Shown piece by piece: positions 1 to 14,004 of a stretch of 64,000 bases of DNA; position 1 is the stretch's first letter, and each line of letters begins with the position of its first letter. Made by a program: the position numbers and the translations under genes. The stretch is from NCBI RefSeq assembly GCF_031769215.1, contig NW_026782088.1:1-64000 (forward strand). Reading direction: 5' to 3'. The notes below the pieces were generated by a model. That model was not told where the DNA came from, did not search any database, and saw only the letters and a list, made by a program, of their open reading frames with translations. Origin of the DNA: Ylistrum balloti. Lineage: Eukaryota.

Positions 1-362
1 TAAGAGTACACTTGACCTGTCTCTATTACACATCAACCTACATTAAGAGTACATTTGACCTGTCTCTATTACATATCTACCGTCTCTATTACACATCTAC
101 CTGTTACTAGTACACATCACCTGGCTCTATTACATATCTACCCACACTAAGAGTACACTTCACCTGTCTCTATTACACATACCTACGTTAAGAGTACACA
201 TTACATATCTACCCACACTAAGCATACACTTGACCTGTCTCTTTTACATATCTACCTACATTAGAGTATATTTCACTGTCTCTATTACACATCTATCTAC
301 ATTTGAGTATATTTGACTGGTCTCTATTACATATTTACCTACATAAGAGTATATTTGACTGT
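1..362. repeat. Degenerate tandem repeat, unit about 43 bp (TAAGAGTACACTTGACCTGTCTCTATTACACATCTACCTACAT-like), about 8 copies, truncated by the window edge
   Basis: TAAGAGTAC/TTAGAGTAT and CTGTCTCTATTACA recur at roughly 43-bp spacing, with deletions in some units. Confidence 0.85.
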
Positions 363-899
363 ATCTTGAATTGATAATATATTCAATCTTAGATCATTTA
401 TGATAATCCATTGCATGATAAATATCATACATTTTTGTCTGATATTTAAACCACTTTGCCATTTTTAGGAATAGCTGGTCCTCTGCTTTTAGAGCTGAAC
501 ATCTACAACTTGTCAGAATCTTCAAGCTTGCCCAGCTGCCAGATGGCTCAAAGGATCATTGCTTTTTTGTGGATGTCACAAGGTGGTACCATCTACTGAA
601 GAAATGCTCCTTCCATTAACAATACATAGAGTTGGTGTTAAGGCTAATGAACCTGTACAGCCAGCTAGACCAGTTATACCCATGAAGACACAGGGTCACT
701 GGAGGCCAGACTCATATACAAGGAGCATTGGTTTACAGGCTTTTCAATTTTCTATATGGAAGATCTCCAGTGGTTGGAAATCATAAAACCTTCTGCAAAA
801 TGATATTCAGCTCTTCCTTAGAGCTCATACACACCAGCCTCCTTCGTGTGGTCAGCTTACTCAACTTTATTTTAAAGCAACTGCAAGTTATTCCAACTT

Positions 900-1075
900 A
901 CTATTATATATTAATCACTCTTAAAGCCTGTCACAGGTCATACTCACAGTAGGGGGAAACTGAATACTTGAGTAAAAAAACCCATGGTCAGGCAGGTGAT
1001 CCCATCCCTCATGTTAGAAAATCAAATCTCGGACGTCTAAGTGAAAGGTTAGTGTTTTACCAACTGACCATCTCT
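900..1075 (-). mobile_element. Decayed tRNA-derived SINE relic
   Basis: The minus strand reads GATGGTCAGTTGGTAAAACACT (A-box-like), then CCTTTCACTTAGACGTCCGAGATTTGATTTTC (decayed B-box region), then GGGTTTTTTTACTCAAGTATTCAGTTTCCCC. The last part resembles the GGGTTTTCTCCGGGTACTCCGGTTTCCTCCC core of widespread metazoan SINEs after CpG decay. Recognised from memory only. Confidence 0.5.
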
Positions 1076-3200
1076 CTCTATTTCTACAAAACTTTAAATC
1101 TGCTAAATACTTCTGCATAGGAAATATAACTAGTTATAATTACACAATATTGTGTGGGTGTTATTTTTGATACCAATGGAATGAGGAAGTCATCCTTTCT
1201 GAGAATTCTTGTTATATTAAGATAAAAGCCTTTTTTCCTTTCTAAAGACTCACCAATGGATAATAGTTCTTGCCTTTTGATTCATTCAGTCAAGGTAGTA
1301 AATATCAAAACAATCTATTTACTCCATACAGTATGAGCATTTTTATGGGCATATGTAAACCATATAAAAAGTATGTAGGCATTTCTCATAGTTTTCCATT
1401 ATATATATTATGTACATGCCCTGTATATGCTAACCACAAGTATTTCTGTGGTGTAACAGATGTGTTAAATACGGGCAGGATTATAACTAAACAGTCTATA
1501 TATATATATATATAGTATAGCAAGTATTTATAGATCTGATCAGCATTGTCAATCCTCTGGAGTAAAAACAAAGTCAGGAAAAAGAATAATGTCAAATTGT
1601 TTACAAGTCTGAACACTTTCGGTTGTAAAATCTCTGGCTCTTTTCCACGGATTATAAGTACATCTGAATATATCCACGTCTACAATGATTTTCAATCTGA
1701 AGAAAAATTTACCTTTAAACTTTGAAACCTAAAGCTTAATACATTTGCCATTGTCAGGGTATTATGTTGGTCTAGTGTACTATACACATACTAGGAATAT
1801 CTCGTCAAGGCTGAAAGGTTCAAAAACAAGTCAACTACCACATATGGACACACATCGACTGATGTTATCTAACGAGGGAGTTACACCGCCAATCTCCTGG
1901 CTTTACAAAACAGGCTTTAGAAGTACTGTTTAATTTCCATACCTGGTACTATTCACAAACATTGCTATCAGGGTTAAGTCAACAATTGTCCAAATCTTAC
2001 TATTATCTGGATGTGTGAATGGATAATATTTTGTAGATATTTAAAAGGAAGCGGTTCTTTGTATAGTTCAGTCAACAGTATTGTTGTAGAATGGTATTGT
2101 CTGAATAGACAAATGATTTTGATGACTACTGATTTTGTATTCAAGCACACATACCAAATATTACACACTTAGTAAAGTTCAAAGTTCATATACAAATACA
2201 CACACATACACTGTACACAATCTATAATAAGTTTTTGATCAGACTGAGGTTGAGATCTGTTGTCCAAATCAATACATCTTTGTGTTAGAAACAACATGCT
2301 TAACCCTCACATGGAGAAGCTAGGTCGATGAGGATGCTGCACAACATTAACAACACCAGGGCCTGGATGGAGATATACATAGAAAAGTGTGAAGCAACAG
2401 ATCTAGTCAGCAGTAATCACATATACAATGAAAACTACTAATATACACCTATTCTTACTCTCATCCCTGTTTTCAATTTACACAATATATTTGAAAATCA
2501 ACAAATATATATAATCATGGTGATATTTGCTTGATAATATTCCTATTTCTACATCCAATATATAAATAAAGTAACAACTACACAACACCTACAATAATGT
2601 GCAAATGAGTCGTGACATGGAAGGAGAAACAGCGTAAATAAATCAACAGTCTGGTTATATTGGGAAGGAATCAATAGGACCAAGTCAAAATGTTTTATTA
2701 TTTCAAGGCCAACAGTCCATAATACAGTTTGTACAGTCTGTATCAAATCACAATTGTAAAATTAATATAATATATTACAAACACTAGACATTGCAACTTT
2801 CGATATATCTCTCACCCTGTGATTCTTTACTCATTTGAAAACAGGTCATTAATTGTATTTTCTCTTATTTTTTTCCTCAAGATGTGTTGAAAACATGGAT
2901 CCAACATTGAAGTACATTAAAACCATACTCATCTTCAATAATTTAAAATTACAACTAAATAAACCAAGATTATTTATCCTATCTATGAGCCTTGTTCATA
3001 ATGCATCATAAGCAATTTTCTGGTTCAATTGTGCTTTTAAAATCATCATAAAATAACTTGTCCAGTATCACATTCTTGAATACAGTACTCTTTTCACTCA
3101 CTAAGTGAAAAGGCTATGAAAAAAATACATAAATAACAAACTTCATGATAAATCCATATCAATGAAATCTGAATATAAGACATTTCTTTAAAAAACCATA

Positions 3201-3383
3201 GTCAGTGTTTATACCTGAAGACAGTCTGTGTTTTTACCTAATGACAGCCAGTGTTTATACCTAAAGACAGTCATTGCTTTTACCTAGAGACAGTCAGTGT
3301 TTTTACCTAAAAACTGTCCATGTTTTTACCACAAAATAGTCAGTGTTTATACCTGAAGAGTCTGTGTTTTTAGCTAAAGACAG
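3201..3383. repeat. Minisatellite, 23-bp unit (GTCAGTGTTTATACCTGAAGACA), about 8 copies
   Basis: Direct tandem repetition with substitutions. Confidence 0.85.
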
Positions 3384-4569
3384 ATGGTATTCTTTTATTT
3401 GTAATAACAAGAAAGTCTTGACCATCAGAAACATTTTTGATGGATTGGTCAATTCATTATCCATCTTTGTCCTCATGACCTCAAATAACCGACATAAAAA
3501 AAAATGCTTTTGAAATCTTCCCCATCAGCAAACATGCTTAGTTCACATCTCAGCAGTTCCAGCCATGTATAGCACAGGAGTCCTCCAGGTGACTGACCAG
3601 GTCAGGGGTCAGCGATGTAGAGCCTCTGACATTGCCCATCACAGACAACAATGATCCTGCTAACATATTACCACCCTAACACTACAAGTCTAGCCTCCCA
3701 TCAGCAAAATCCTGATTGTATCTGTGACACCATCCACTAAAATCCTGTCTGCTAGATGACCGGTCTATTCATACTGAAATATTATAACCTCGTATTGAAA
3801 TTTTACAATTATAAATTAATATAACCTTTCTTCCAACCTGTTTTTCATTTCAATACCACTATATTTGCCAATATCAGAAATATTCATTTCACAACAACCA
3901 GGAAACTTATTCAACAAACACAGGCAAATTTCATCAATAAACCATGTAGTGAGTCAAAAAATACCAAATTGGAAACCTTTTTGGGCACCCAGCCACATTA
4001 ATCATGCACATTCTTCTGGTTTAGCACATGAAACCTGTCAGCCACAGAGATTTATTTAAATGGCTTGTAAAAGAATGGGACAGTGATACTTTGAAGTATG
4101 ATCACATCCCTTCGTGTTAAGCTATAATACATAAACAATCTGAACCAGAAGTCCCTCATCCTTCACACTGGATCCAGATTGAATTCTTTCCCAGCATAAA
4201 CATGGTCTGCAATTTGTATAATGAGATATACTTGGGCTATATTTCTGGCAATTTTATGAATATACCTAGTTACTGTAACTAGACAGGTACACAATCCAGC
4301 TTGCAGTGACCTACTTTCATGTAATGTACATGTCATTATCACTGTATTACTTATCTGTACATTGTATCATACAAGAATAGACTGACCTTCAAAAGGTTAG
4401 AGTCAGCCCATATATATATTGTAGTTAACTAAATCTTTACATTTAGACCATGTGTAATATGTATGTGGTGAAATTGATCCAGGATTTATCAGTGCACTAA
4501 GGTTAAACAAGGTTAAGCATAAACATCTCACAACAACAATATTGCCAAAATATCTAACTGCTGAGTCTA

Positions 4570-5235
4570 TTGGTGTGACACTGGCCTAAACGGTTTAGTG
4601 GACTATAATTTCTATGGTTGAATATTTTAACAGGGCCTATCTATGTCACAGCTGACCTCATTTCCATGACAGGATATATTTCAGGACCTGTCTATCAGTT
4701 TGGCCTATGTTCTATGGTATGATATTATAGGGCCTAGCTATGCCATAGTGACCTGATACTTTGATAGGACATTACAGGTACTATCAGTCACTGTCATGCG
4801 GCCTAAATTCTATGGTAACAGATATGAGGACCCATATTTCACTGTGACCTAGATTCTATGGTATGAGATTTTAGGGCATATCTGTCACTGTGGCCTAGAT
4901 ACTAAGGTATGAAATTTTAGGGTCTATCTGTCACTGTGGCCTAGATTCTATGGTATGAGATTTTATCTACGTGAAAGTTGCCTTGTTTCTATAGAGGGAT
5001 ATTACAGGTCCTATCTATGTGACAGTGACCTAGTTTCCATAGAAAGATATTACAGATCCTATCTATGTGACAGTGACCTAGTTTCCATAGAAAGATATTA
5101 CAGATCCTATCTATGTGACAGTGACCTAGTTTCTACAGAGAGATATAACAAGTCCTATCTATGTGACAGTGACCTAGTATCTATAGAATGATATCACAGG
5201 TCCTATCTATGTAATAGCTGCCTAGTTTCTATATG
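4570..5235. repeat. Minisatellite array, 46-48-bp unit (GGTCCTATCTATGTGACAGTGACCTAGTTTCCATAGAAAGATATTACA), about 14 copies; diverged on the left, homogeneous on the right
   Basis: Exact 48-bp period at 5041-5136; it produces the repetitive pseudo-ORF 4955..5191. Confidence 0.9.
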
Positions 5236-6247
5236 ATTATCAGATGTATGATATTTTCTTTTCTTAAACTGAGTTTGACAATCTTTTGGCAACAGAAAAA
5301 GAAAATCACAGAATATTTTGTTTTATCTTACTAAAAGTGAGTCGGAGTCCATTTCTGTATGCAATACAGGTTAAAACCCCAATACAGGTTGCCTAATCCA
5401 GGTGATTCACAGCCCAATTAACTAAGAAATGTTTCAGGTAACCCAGGACATTGGGGATGCAACAGAAATAACTAAAAAAGTGTTATAAATCACAAAATGG
5501 CTAGCTCCTGTTATAAATAGAACATTTAACAAAAACTAGGTGTCAATCAAAACAATCTTTTTATGAAAGAAAATGCAGAAAAAATAGTGATCCCTTCACA
5601 CTGATATTCATGTTTCATAGGATTAATACCTATGAAATAAATACAACTGCATTTTAATTAAGAAGTAGATTTACACTTACTAGTGGATTTACAGTTCTTC
5701 AGCAGTCATTTAAGAAATTATTTTTTTCTATATCCATCAAAACTTAAATGTTTGACTAACAGAGAGTTCATGAATTGAACCAGACTCAAATTCAGGAATG
5801 ATTTTTTACTAATCTTACTTTAAAAGTTAAAATATAACAAATTTATTCTAAACAATTTGAATAAAACCAGGACAAGGAAAACCCAATTAATCCAATCTAA
5901 TACTTCACAAAAGAAACTTCCATCCAGGATATATTTAACTTAATTATATTTTCTTTTTTCTTCATATGTCAGTAAATATGCAAAGTAACATGCACATAAT
6001 ATATATAATATCAAAGTCTGTGTAAGTACGAAGTATTTTTTAAAAAGTAATGAAATCAATTTTTCAAATGTATCTTAGTTTTGTGATATTTGTTTTATAA
6101 AGCTTCAGGTGTATTCTTGTGATTAACTTGCTCCCATTCATAATTTAAACACCAAACTGCTGTGAAAGATATATTTTGAGGTCAGGACTTGGATCATTTA
6201 ATGTATTTAGCATACTTAAATACATAGTATGCATGGAAAATCACAGG

Positions 6248-7150
6248 GATCTAGTTCCTATAGAAAGATATTACAGGTCCAATCTGTGACAGTGGCCTGA
6301 TTTCTATGGATAGATATTACAGGTCACATCTATATGACAGTGATCTAGTTTCTATCTAGACAGAAAGAACAGGTCCTACAGATGTAACAGTGACCCAAGT
6401 TCTATCTAGACAGAAAGAACAGGTCCTACAGATGTAACAGTGACCCAAATTCTATCTGGACAGAAAGAACAGGTCCTATAGATGTAACAGTCGCGTAAAT
6501 TGTATCTATACAGAAAAAACAGGTCCTATAGATGTTACAGTGACCCAGTTTCTATCTTGACTTATAGCACAGGTCCTATAGATGAAACAGTGACCCAAAT
6601 TCTATCTTGACAGAAAAAACAGGTCCTACAGATGTAACAGTGACCCAAATTGTATCTAGACAGAAAGAACAGGTCCTATAGATGTTACAGTGACCCAAAT
6701 TCTATCTTGACAGAAAAAACAGGTCCTACAGATGTAACAGTGACCCAAATTGTATCTAGACAGAAAGTACAGGCCCTATAGATGTTACAGTGACCCAGTT
6801 TCTATCTTGACAGAAAGTACAGGCCCTATAGATGTTACAGTGACCCAGTTTCTATCTTGACAGAAAGTACAGGCCCTATAGATGTTACAGTGACCCAGTT
6901 TCTATCTTGACAGAAAGTACAGGCCCTATAGATGTTACAGTGACCCAGTTTCTATCTTGACTGATAGCACAGGTCCTATAGATGTTAGTTACCTAGTTTT
7001 CTATCTAGACAGATATTACAAGTCCAATCTATGTCACAGTGTCTTAGTTTCTATCTAGACAAATATTATATTACAGAGAGATGTTAAAATGACCTAGTTA
7101 CTACCAAGATGGATAGGTCCTCTCTAAAACAATTTAGTTTCTATGGGAAG
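6248..7150. repeat. Minisatellite array, 50-bp core unit (AGGTCCTATAGATGTTACAGTGACCCAGTTTCTATCTTGACAGAAAGTAC) with about 48-bp edge units, about 18 copies; same family as 4570-5235
   Basis: Exact 50-bp period at 6781-6950; shares AGGTCCTAT, ACAGTGACC and AGTTTCTAT blocks with the upstream array. Confidence 0.9.
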
Positions 7151-10100
7151 GTTGACAACATGGCGTGGTGATAAAACATATATATAAAAAACTTCAACAA
7201 TTTGTGTGTAATTTCATAATCTTACATAATTTCACATGCTTTGTATTTCACTTACAACCACACATAAATATATGTATATATACATATGCATAACCCTCAT
7301 CCAAATTCTACTGATTGAATTATATAAAGTATGTATATAACTGTCCTTAATAACTTGACAGTAATATGATTCCTCTATGCAACCTCTTTTACAAGTTCAA
7401 GATATAATGATAAGAAAGCAATATAGTCAGTTTTAGCTAACTATATAGGACTTCCATGTCACTTTGAGTAAGATTTTACAAAATAATCAGTGCAAGCTTT
7501 TGTCACAAAACAAATTGTCATTAAACTGATTATCTTACTGACAAATTTTGCTCTTTTTTTTCATTGCAATATTAGAATTGGTGACTGTTGTCTTTAAGCA
7601 TAAAAGACTGATATCAGTTGTATTATCAACCAAAGATTGATTGATTATTCATGCAAAACAAAAATATTCACCAACCATCAAATAATATAATTTACATCAA
7701 ATGAACTGACCATTCAAGGTTTACCATCAACTTCATCCTTCATTTTCATGTTAACATTTGAAATACTATGATAACAAGTCATCCTTCTAAAATGTTTTTT
7801 TATAGAGATGCATGCATTTGCTATTTATATCCAAACACATGAATTTAAGTATGGAGTACTTAATAGCTACACAGAATTAGATCAAAACAAAAAAGCTGAG
7901 TTCATCTATACCTGTTTCATTACCAATGCATGATACAATTCACTAATACAAAAAATACAAACACAGTAAAAAAACCTACTTAATGTCACGTCTGTTTATG
8001 TCACTTTCCAGTTTATATCACATTTTCTTCAACCAGATTTTTTCCCTAAATTCTGTATTCCAACATCTGCTAAGGTCATTTACTTTCATGCAGGCAACAC
8101 TTAATATTATTTCGTTTTGCCAACGATCACAAAAAAACATGGGTAAATAACAGGCAAGTGAGGACAGGAACTATGGATTTATGCCCGAAGAGTCAAAATG
8201 CAATCAATGTTGAGGTGGGTGCCATGCTGCTAAGTTGTCTGATGTGTTATGAAAACAAGTCTTTAGAATGCATACCGGGATCAATTTCAAAACAAAAAAG
8301 ATTATTTTGCAAAGGACATTTCAGAAAATCATCAACCATGAACGTAATTCATTATAAATTGTGTGTGTGTGGTTTTTTTTTTTTCTAAATGATCCATGGG
8401 ACACCATACTGCATATCAATGTCATCATTACGAATGTGGCCATCTTTATGTTTACAAGAACACATTTCCAATACAAAGCTTAAGTGCTAAAATAACTAAT
8501 TTGAACTTCGGGTTTCCTGAAATGAAGTCTGGATTAGGCATAGTTGAACACAGAAAATTATCACACATGCCCCAAAAGGCTTCACAGAGCCGCTTATGCC
8601 TTTACTAATATGGTAACCATAACATTGGAAACCCAATTGGTTATAATATCAGAATGTCAACGTTTTAATATTTCTTCAAATCATCTATTGCTTAAATCAT
8701 CACAAGCACTGGTGACAGTAAAATATTCTGAAAACGGGGTTTTCCTATGCCTTGTTTCATGACATCTGATTGGCTATTAAAAATAACCACTAATTTTACA
8801 GCCAATTAAACATGGTGTTTCAAAGGCGAACAGTTCACACTCTGTTGGCTATTTGTGTCTGCCATGCTTGACCTGCGATCTTCATAAGAACACATTTTAT
8901 CAAAGTTGCAGGGATCCACATTCTATATATATCAACTTTGTGATGATGCACCATTATGAAGCCTATAAAGTAATGGATGAATAAATTATAGGGCAAAACA
9001 TCAGCTGATGACATGGTAGTGTCACATAGAAATCTGACCACGCGTGAACTGAATATGACATGAATTATGTAATGATCATTTGCAATAATTGATGATAGCA
9101 GTTTAGATATTTCATAGAAAGCTAAGGAAAATCACTGTTCTTATGGGAAAAAACACATCAAAATTCAAATTTGTCTTCAAACAATTTGTTAGAAATAATT
9201 CAGTTCGGCACATCAGAAAATTAACTTTCCAATGTAGATGTCCAGAAAAATGTGTCAACCATTAATGTTACATTCTCCTTATTATCACATTTCTCCCTGA
9301 TAAATGGAACATGATATTAAGTGGGTTATATAATTCACAAACAATGCTATTGAGTTGTATGTTTCATGAATTAAAAAAAAAACAAAACATTACACCATAA
9401 CTTATTTTGCAAAGTAGCCACAAAATGTATGGGTCCTCATAACACTTTTTTTTAGCTAATTTGCTAAGTGAAACCCTACAATTGTTGTCTCTAATACAAT
9501 TATTCCTGAGCAGAAAGCCACCATCAGTTTTGTAGTGTCAGACAATTTATGTACATTTCCTCCAGTTTACAGTGACAACAAGTCTGTGCCTCCATGTGTA
9601 CACACCAAAGATCAATATCAACTGCCTTAGCTTAATGTGTGTAGTAGTGTAATGCTCAACGGAACTACTTTTTGTTTGCCTTCTGAGATGGTCCCTGAAA
9701 TAACAGCTGGCCTCCTGCCAGCTTTGAGTGTTATGACCCAGATACATGTAAAACCCTAGTGGCTTTATATGGCTCCAGATAGCATGACTGTACTTGTAGC
9801 ATGGTTGAACAAATTACACTACCTTATTCTCCACTGTAGAGCATGTCACTTCATAATACTTTTACTTGGATTATTTTAAGTTGTCGTACATCCCTGACTA
9901 TTGGCAGTTGAAACCAAAGACTGTGCTTTAAAGCCGATGCAGGACAACTTCCCATCTGTCTAATCCAATACAATATTAGACACGAGAAACTTATGACAAC
10001 ACTGACAGATTCAATGATGACAAACTGCAGTGAAAATACATTTAATACCAACTTTCCCATCCACCATGTTAATCTTGATGATAATATCATTCAAGATGGA

Positions 10101-13100
10101 CTTGCGAAATAAATCACATTCATTTTTTGTAGTTGATTACATGTAACTAGGAAATCAAAGCTTCTCTCTTGAGAAATACTTGCTTCTTCAAAGCAAGGTA
10201 ATCAAAACACTTTATCACTCAAAGTTTTGTTTCTCTTTATTTTTATATGAAATTAATGATTTCTTGTAACATAATCTCAACAATATGAATACAATGTTTT
10301 TGCTGAAAAAAACAAAAGAAATTATTTTAAAACAATTTATATACCAATTTCTTTTTTTCATAACATAAAGCCATTATAAAGACAATCTGTGCATTTCACT
10401 TTGATGAAGATGCAATTTTATTGTAAAAGAAGTGTAATTCTACATCCTGAATTCCTGGTCAACCTTCTATTGGAAATCGATTAAATCTATTTCTGGATCT
10501 GTCCTCAATGTTTTTGGCATTTAAAAGCAACTATTTACTGTATGTTCTTTACATTTTAATTGTTTATTAACCACTTAAGATTTAATTAATTTTTTCTTCA
10601 CCCACATATTCTGTGCAGGAAAGATTCAGCCAGTCATTTGGCAACTGTGCCACATTTATATCTGTATACATGTATAAGCTGGGGGAAAATATTAGAACTG
10701 AAAGAGATTTTCATTGAATCTCATTGAAGTTTTCTACAACCTTTGTAAATGTGCATGAATGCATGAAGGTAAGCTCTTGCTCTGCTGATTTATCTATACT
10801 CCATCACATCAACCTAAATATATCGCAGTAGAAAACAACAGAGAAAGCCCTTGTCAGCACCAATACTTCATAAAACAGTCTAGTTGATACCAAGACCATA
10901 CAAAACATTGCAGGTGACATCAACACAATAAAAAATATTCCAGTATCAACATAAACACCTAGATATTCAGCGAAGATTTCTACATGTATGTAAGAAACTT
11001 TTATGTATACCTGATTCAATGACCTTATAAAGTGTCAAGATATAATTTACAAACACGTCATGCAACATTTTATTCTTAAGATAAAACCTAGCGACTGTAC
11101 TTGCATCCTCAGCTACAGTAATCTGTCCATGACTGATCTCAAACCCAAACATTCATTCAAGGTACATGCTATAGAAAAACTGTATGAGCAAGTTGAACCA
11201 TTAACTTTAAAATGTCACAAAGGTCAAAGGTCAGGTCTGTGTATTTGTTTATGTTTAGAATATGAATAAGATCAATCTGGCGGTTTATTAGTTTTTGATG
11301 TCACAAGTGGTCAAGGGTGACAACTGACTTTAACCTTGACTGATGACCACAACAACAGAATCTGGGTTTGTATCAAACATTTTATATGAAACAATTATAT
11401 GTATACATATTCTATTTAATTTGACAATGATTCCCTGCACATAACAGTGATTAGACAGGCTCCAGTAACTGGTATATATGAACAGCGTATTTTCTTTTTT
11501 GAATCATTTACTCAAAGTGAAAAAAATAATCTGAGTTACACGAAGTTTAACTACAATATGTAAAATAATCAAACATTTGGTACATTCCTGTTTTTTTCAA
11601 AATGCTGTCATATTTTGAATTCCCTAGCAATAAAGGAATACACACTGGAGTTAAATAGAGGTAAATATAACACAGAAAACATGAAGTGTAATATGTAATT
11701 TCTGGAAAGTCACCTCTTTCAATGATCCAAATCATCAACCAGTGTTCTCACTTATCTTTTATGAAAATAAGAAATTGTTTTTTGTAGAAAACAGCTCTTT
11801 GAAACACTTCTTTAAGAATTGGATTGATTCCTGACTTTTTCATCTTTGTTCAAGCAAACTAACAATTGAAGTACATTATCAGGTTTGTAAGTGGCTTATG
11901 AAATGGCAATTAAATATATATTTTTAAGAGCCAGTCTCTATTTCTCAATTTATAAATTAAAACATGGAATGGACTATAATGTGCAAACATGTATTCAAAC
12001 ATGTTGTCACTGGCAGATTTCAAAATGACTGTGCTTCTAGACAATGTGTCTACTTGGCATTAAGTCGCTGAAATATATTTACTGAATGTTAAAAAAAAAC
12101 TCAAGACATTAGTGGTTACTTTCCTGTTCAAACTGCCACCAAATGTGTTCCAGTTCACAACAAAAGTATTATTTGGAAATGTTTTATTGATGAGAAAATT
12201 TGAAAGGTTCAAAATAAGTAGCGACAGGTTCAAACTTTTCTATTGTGTAAGATAAAAAGTGTATTAAAAAAAGCCAAAGTGTCCGTATAATGTCCTAACA
12301 TTCCAAAAGTGTGAGTCTCATTCTCTGCATGAATTCCTGACACTAAATGACCTGAAACTATTATTATATGGGTGTGTGTCCTTCAGCCACACACAGTAGA
12401 GTGGAGAAACAGGTCTGTAATGGTCAGCCATCAGAATATCAAGACAAATAGGACTAATTATTACAACTTGTATACAACTTGGAATAAAATACAGTTTGGA
12501 ACAAAGACTTCATTCATCACCATTAGCCTATTTCAAGAATTTGACAGCACTCATGATTTATGTAAAACACACAAAAAAACAAATAGAAAATAACACTTAA
12601 TTTTCACAAAAATATATGGCAAATTTTAGAAATAATGCAAGTTATAATTGATGTGAAAATCTTTATATACATCCAAGAGAGGAAACATAACTGAATTCCA
12701 CTGTTATGCCACCTATCATTGATAAATACAGAATTTCACCTTCTTGATGTAAAAACTGCTGTTTCATTCTTATTAAGTACCCAATAGCACTGCAGGCTTA
12801 TACAATATTTTGGTTCTGTCGAAATCAGAAGTTTTTTACCAGTCCTGAAATACATACTGAGATAGACCTGTACACAATACCAACAAGATTGATCATAAAA
12901 GTTACAAAGGAATATAAATCAATAAATCAATAATCAATGGAAATTCATTAATATGTTAACAGTTCACCATGCATTACACTAACGAAGGCAGTAGTAAAGC
13001 ATTGGTTTAATAATTAAAGTGGTGTGCTAAAATCTTTATTGGTTGCTTGGCTACTAAAACTATGTATGCCACATTGACAGACTGGTCAATTCTTATTCCA

Positions 13101-14004
13101 ATTTTAAGGTCATAGTATTTTCTGTAATGACATTATCATTAGAAATACCATAAAAATTTATGGATAATTTTCTTTCTCCTTCTTTTGCCCAAAGGTTTGA
13201 ATAATATAGTAATACTTTTAATTGTAACATGCACACACAAAATAAAAACATTGATCAAAATATCATTTATGAATAAAATACTGATGAGCCAATATTAAAA
13301 ACTATATACTTCAAATCACTTTGATTTCATGAATACTTTGGCAAATTTACCTCTTCAGACATAATCATGAATGTATGGTTTGGAGAACAGTAATCTAAAT
13401 CACATTTGAAATTCACTACTGATGGCCTAATGGAGACCTGGATTCTTCAAGACTCCGATATTGGTAACAGACCCAACTTGGTTGCAATCCAGAGTTATTT
13501 TCTGACAAATTTCCAAAAGGGATTTGAATTTGTGATTGACACTCCTTGCATATTAACACAAAAATGAATTACATGAAACATGAGTGATAAACAGTATATG
13601 ATGGATTGTATTTATAAAGTCTCAACAGTGATTGATCATTTGTTTTGATGAATATTCATAAGCCTGTAATTCATCAACCAGTTGTTTTATTTAAATAAAC
13701 GGCACTAAAAACAAGATTATATTAATTACCACATACTTTACAAGTAAAAAGCTATATATCTAACAGTTCACCATAGTTCCATCTTTCTGAAAATACTGAT
13801 TGTTTTATGACATCCTTACAGATAGTTCCAACCCATCAGGGGGCTACTGGTTGGCCCCTTACATCGCCAAAACCCTGACATTTGTTGGTAAAAAAAGGCC
13901 TAGAGATAGGACACGACAGAGACAGAAAAACAGTAACAAACAAACAAATGTTCACAAAATCACACTCCATTAATTCTACCAAACTATGAATATTAATATC
14001 AAAA

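Noticed and set aside
480-890. Moderately GC-rich, coding-looking stretch with short ORFs 559..786 and 728..952
   Set aside because: All frames I translated are interrupted and no family motif was recognisable. It may be a decayed transposon; blastx would decide.
4955-5191. Repetitive ORF (SYLCDSDLVSIERYYR)n, and likewise ORFs 62972..63226 and 63509..63820
   Set aside because: These are by-products of satellite periodicity; neighbouring units break the frame and there is no splice or start context.
9851-10090. Minus-strand ORF with plausible splice sites as KDM3 exon 2
   Set aside because: The peptide has no resemblance to the expected VEFD/W-rich continuation of KDM3/JMJD1C.
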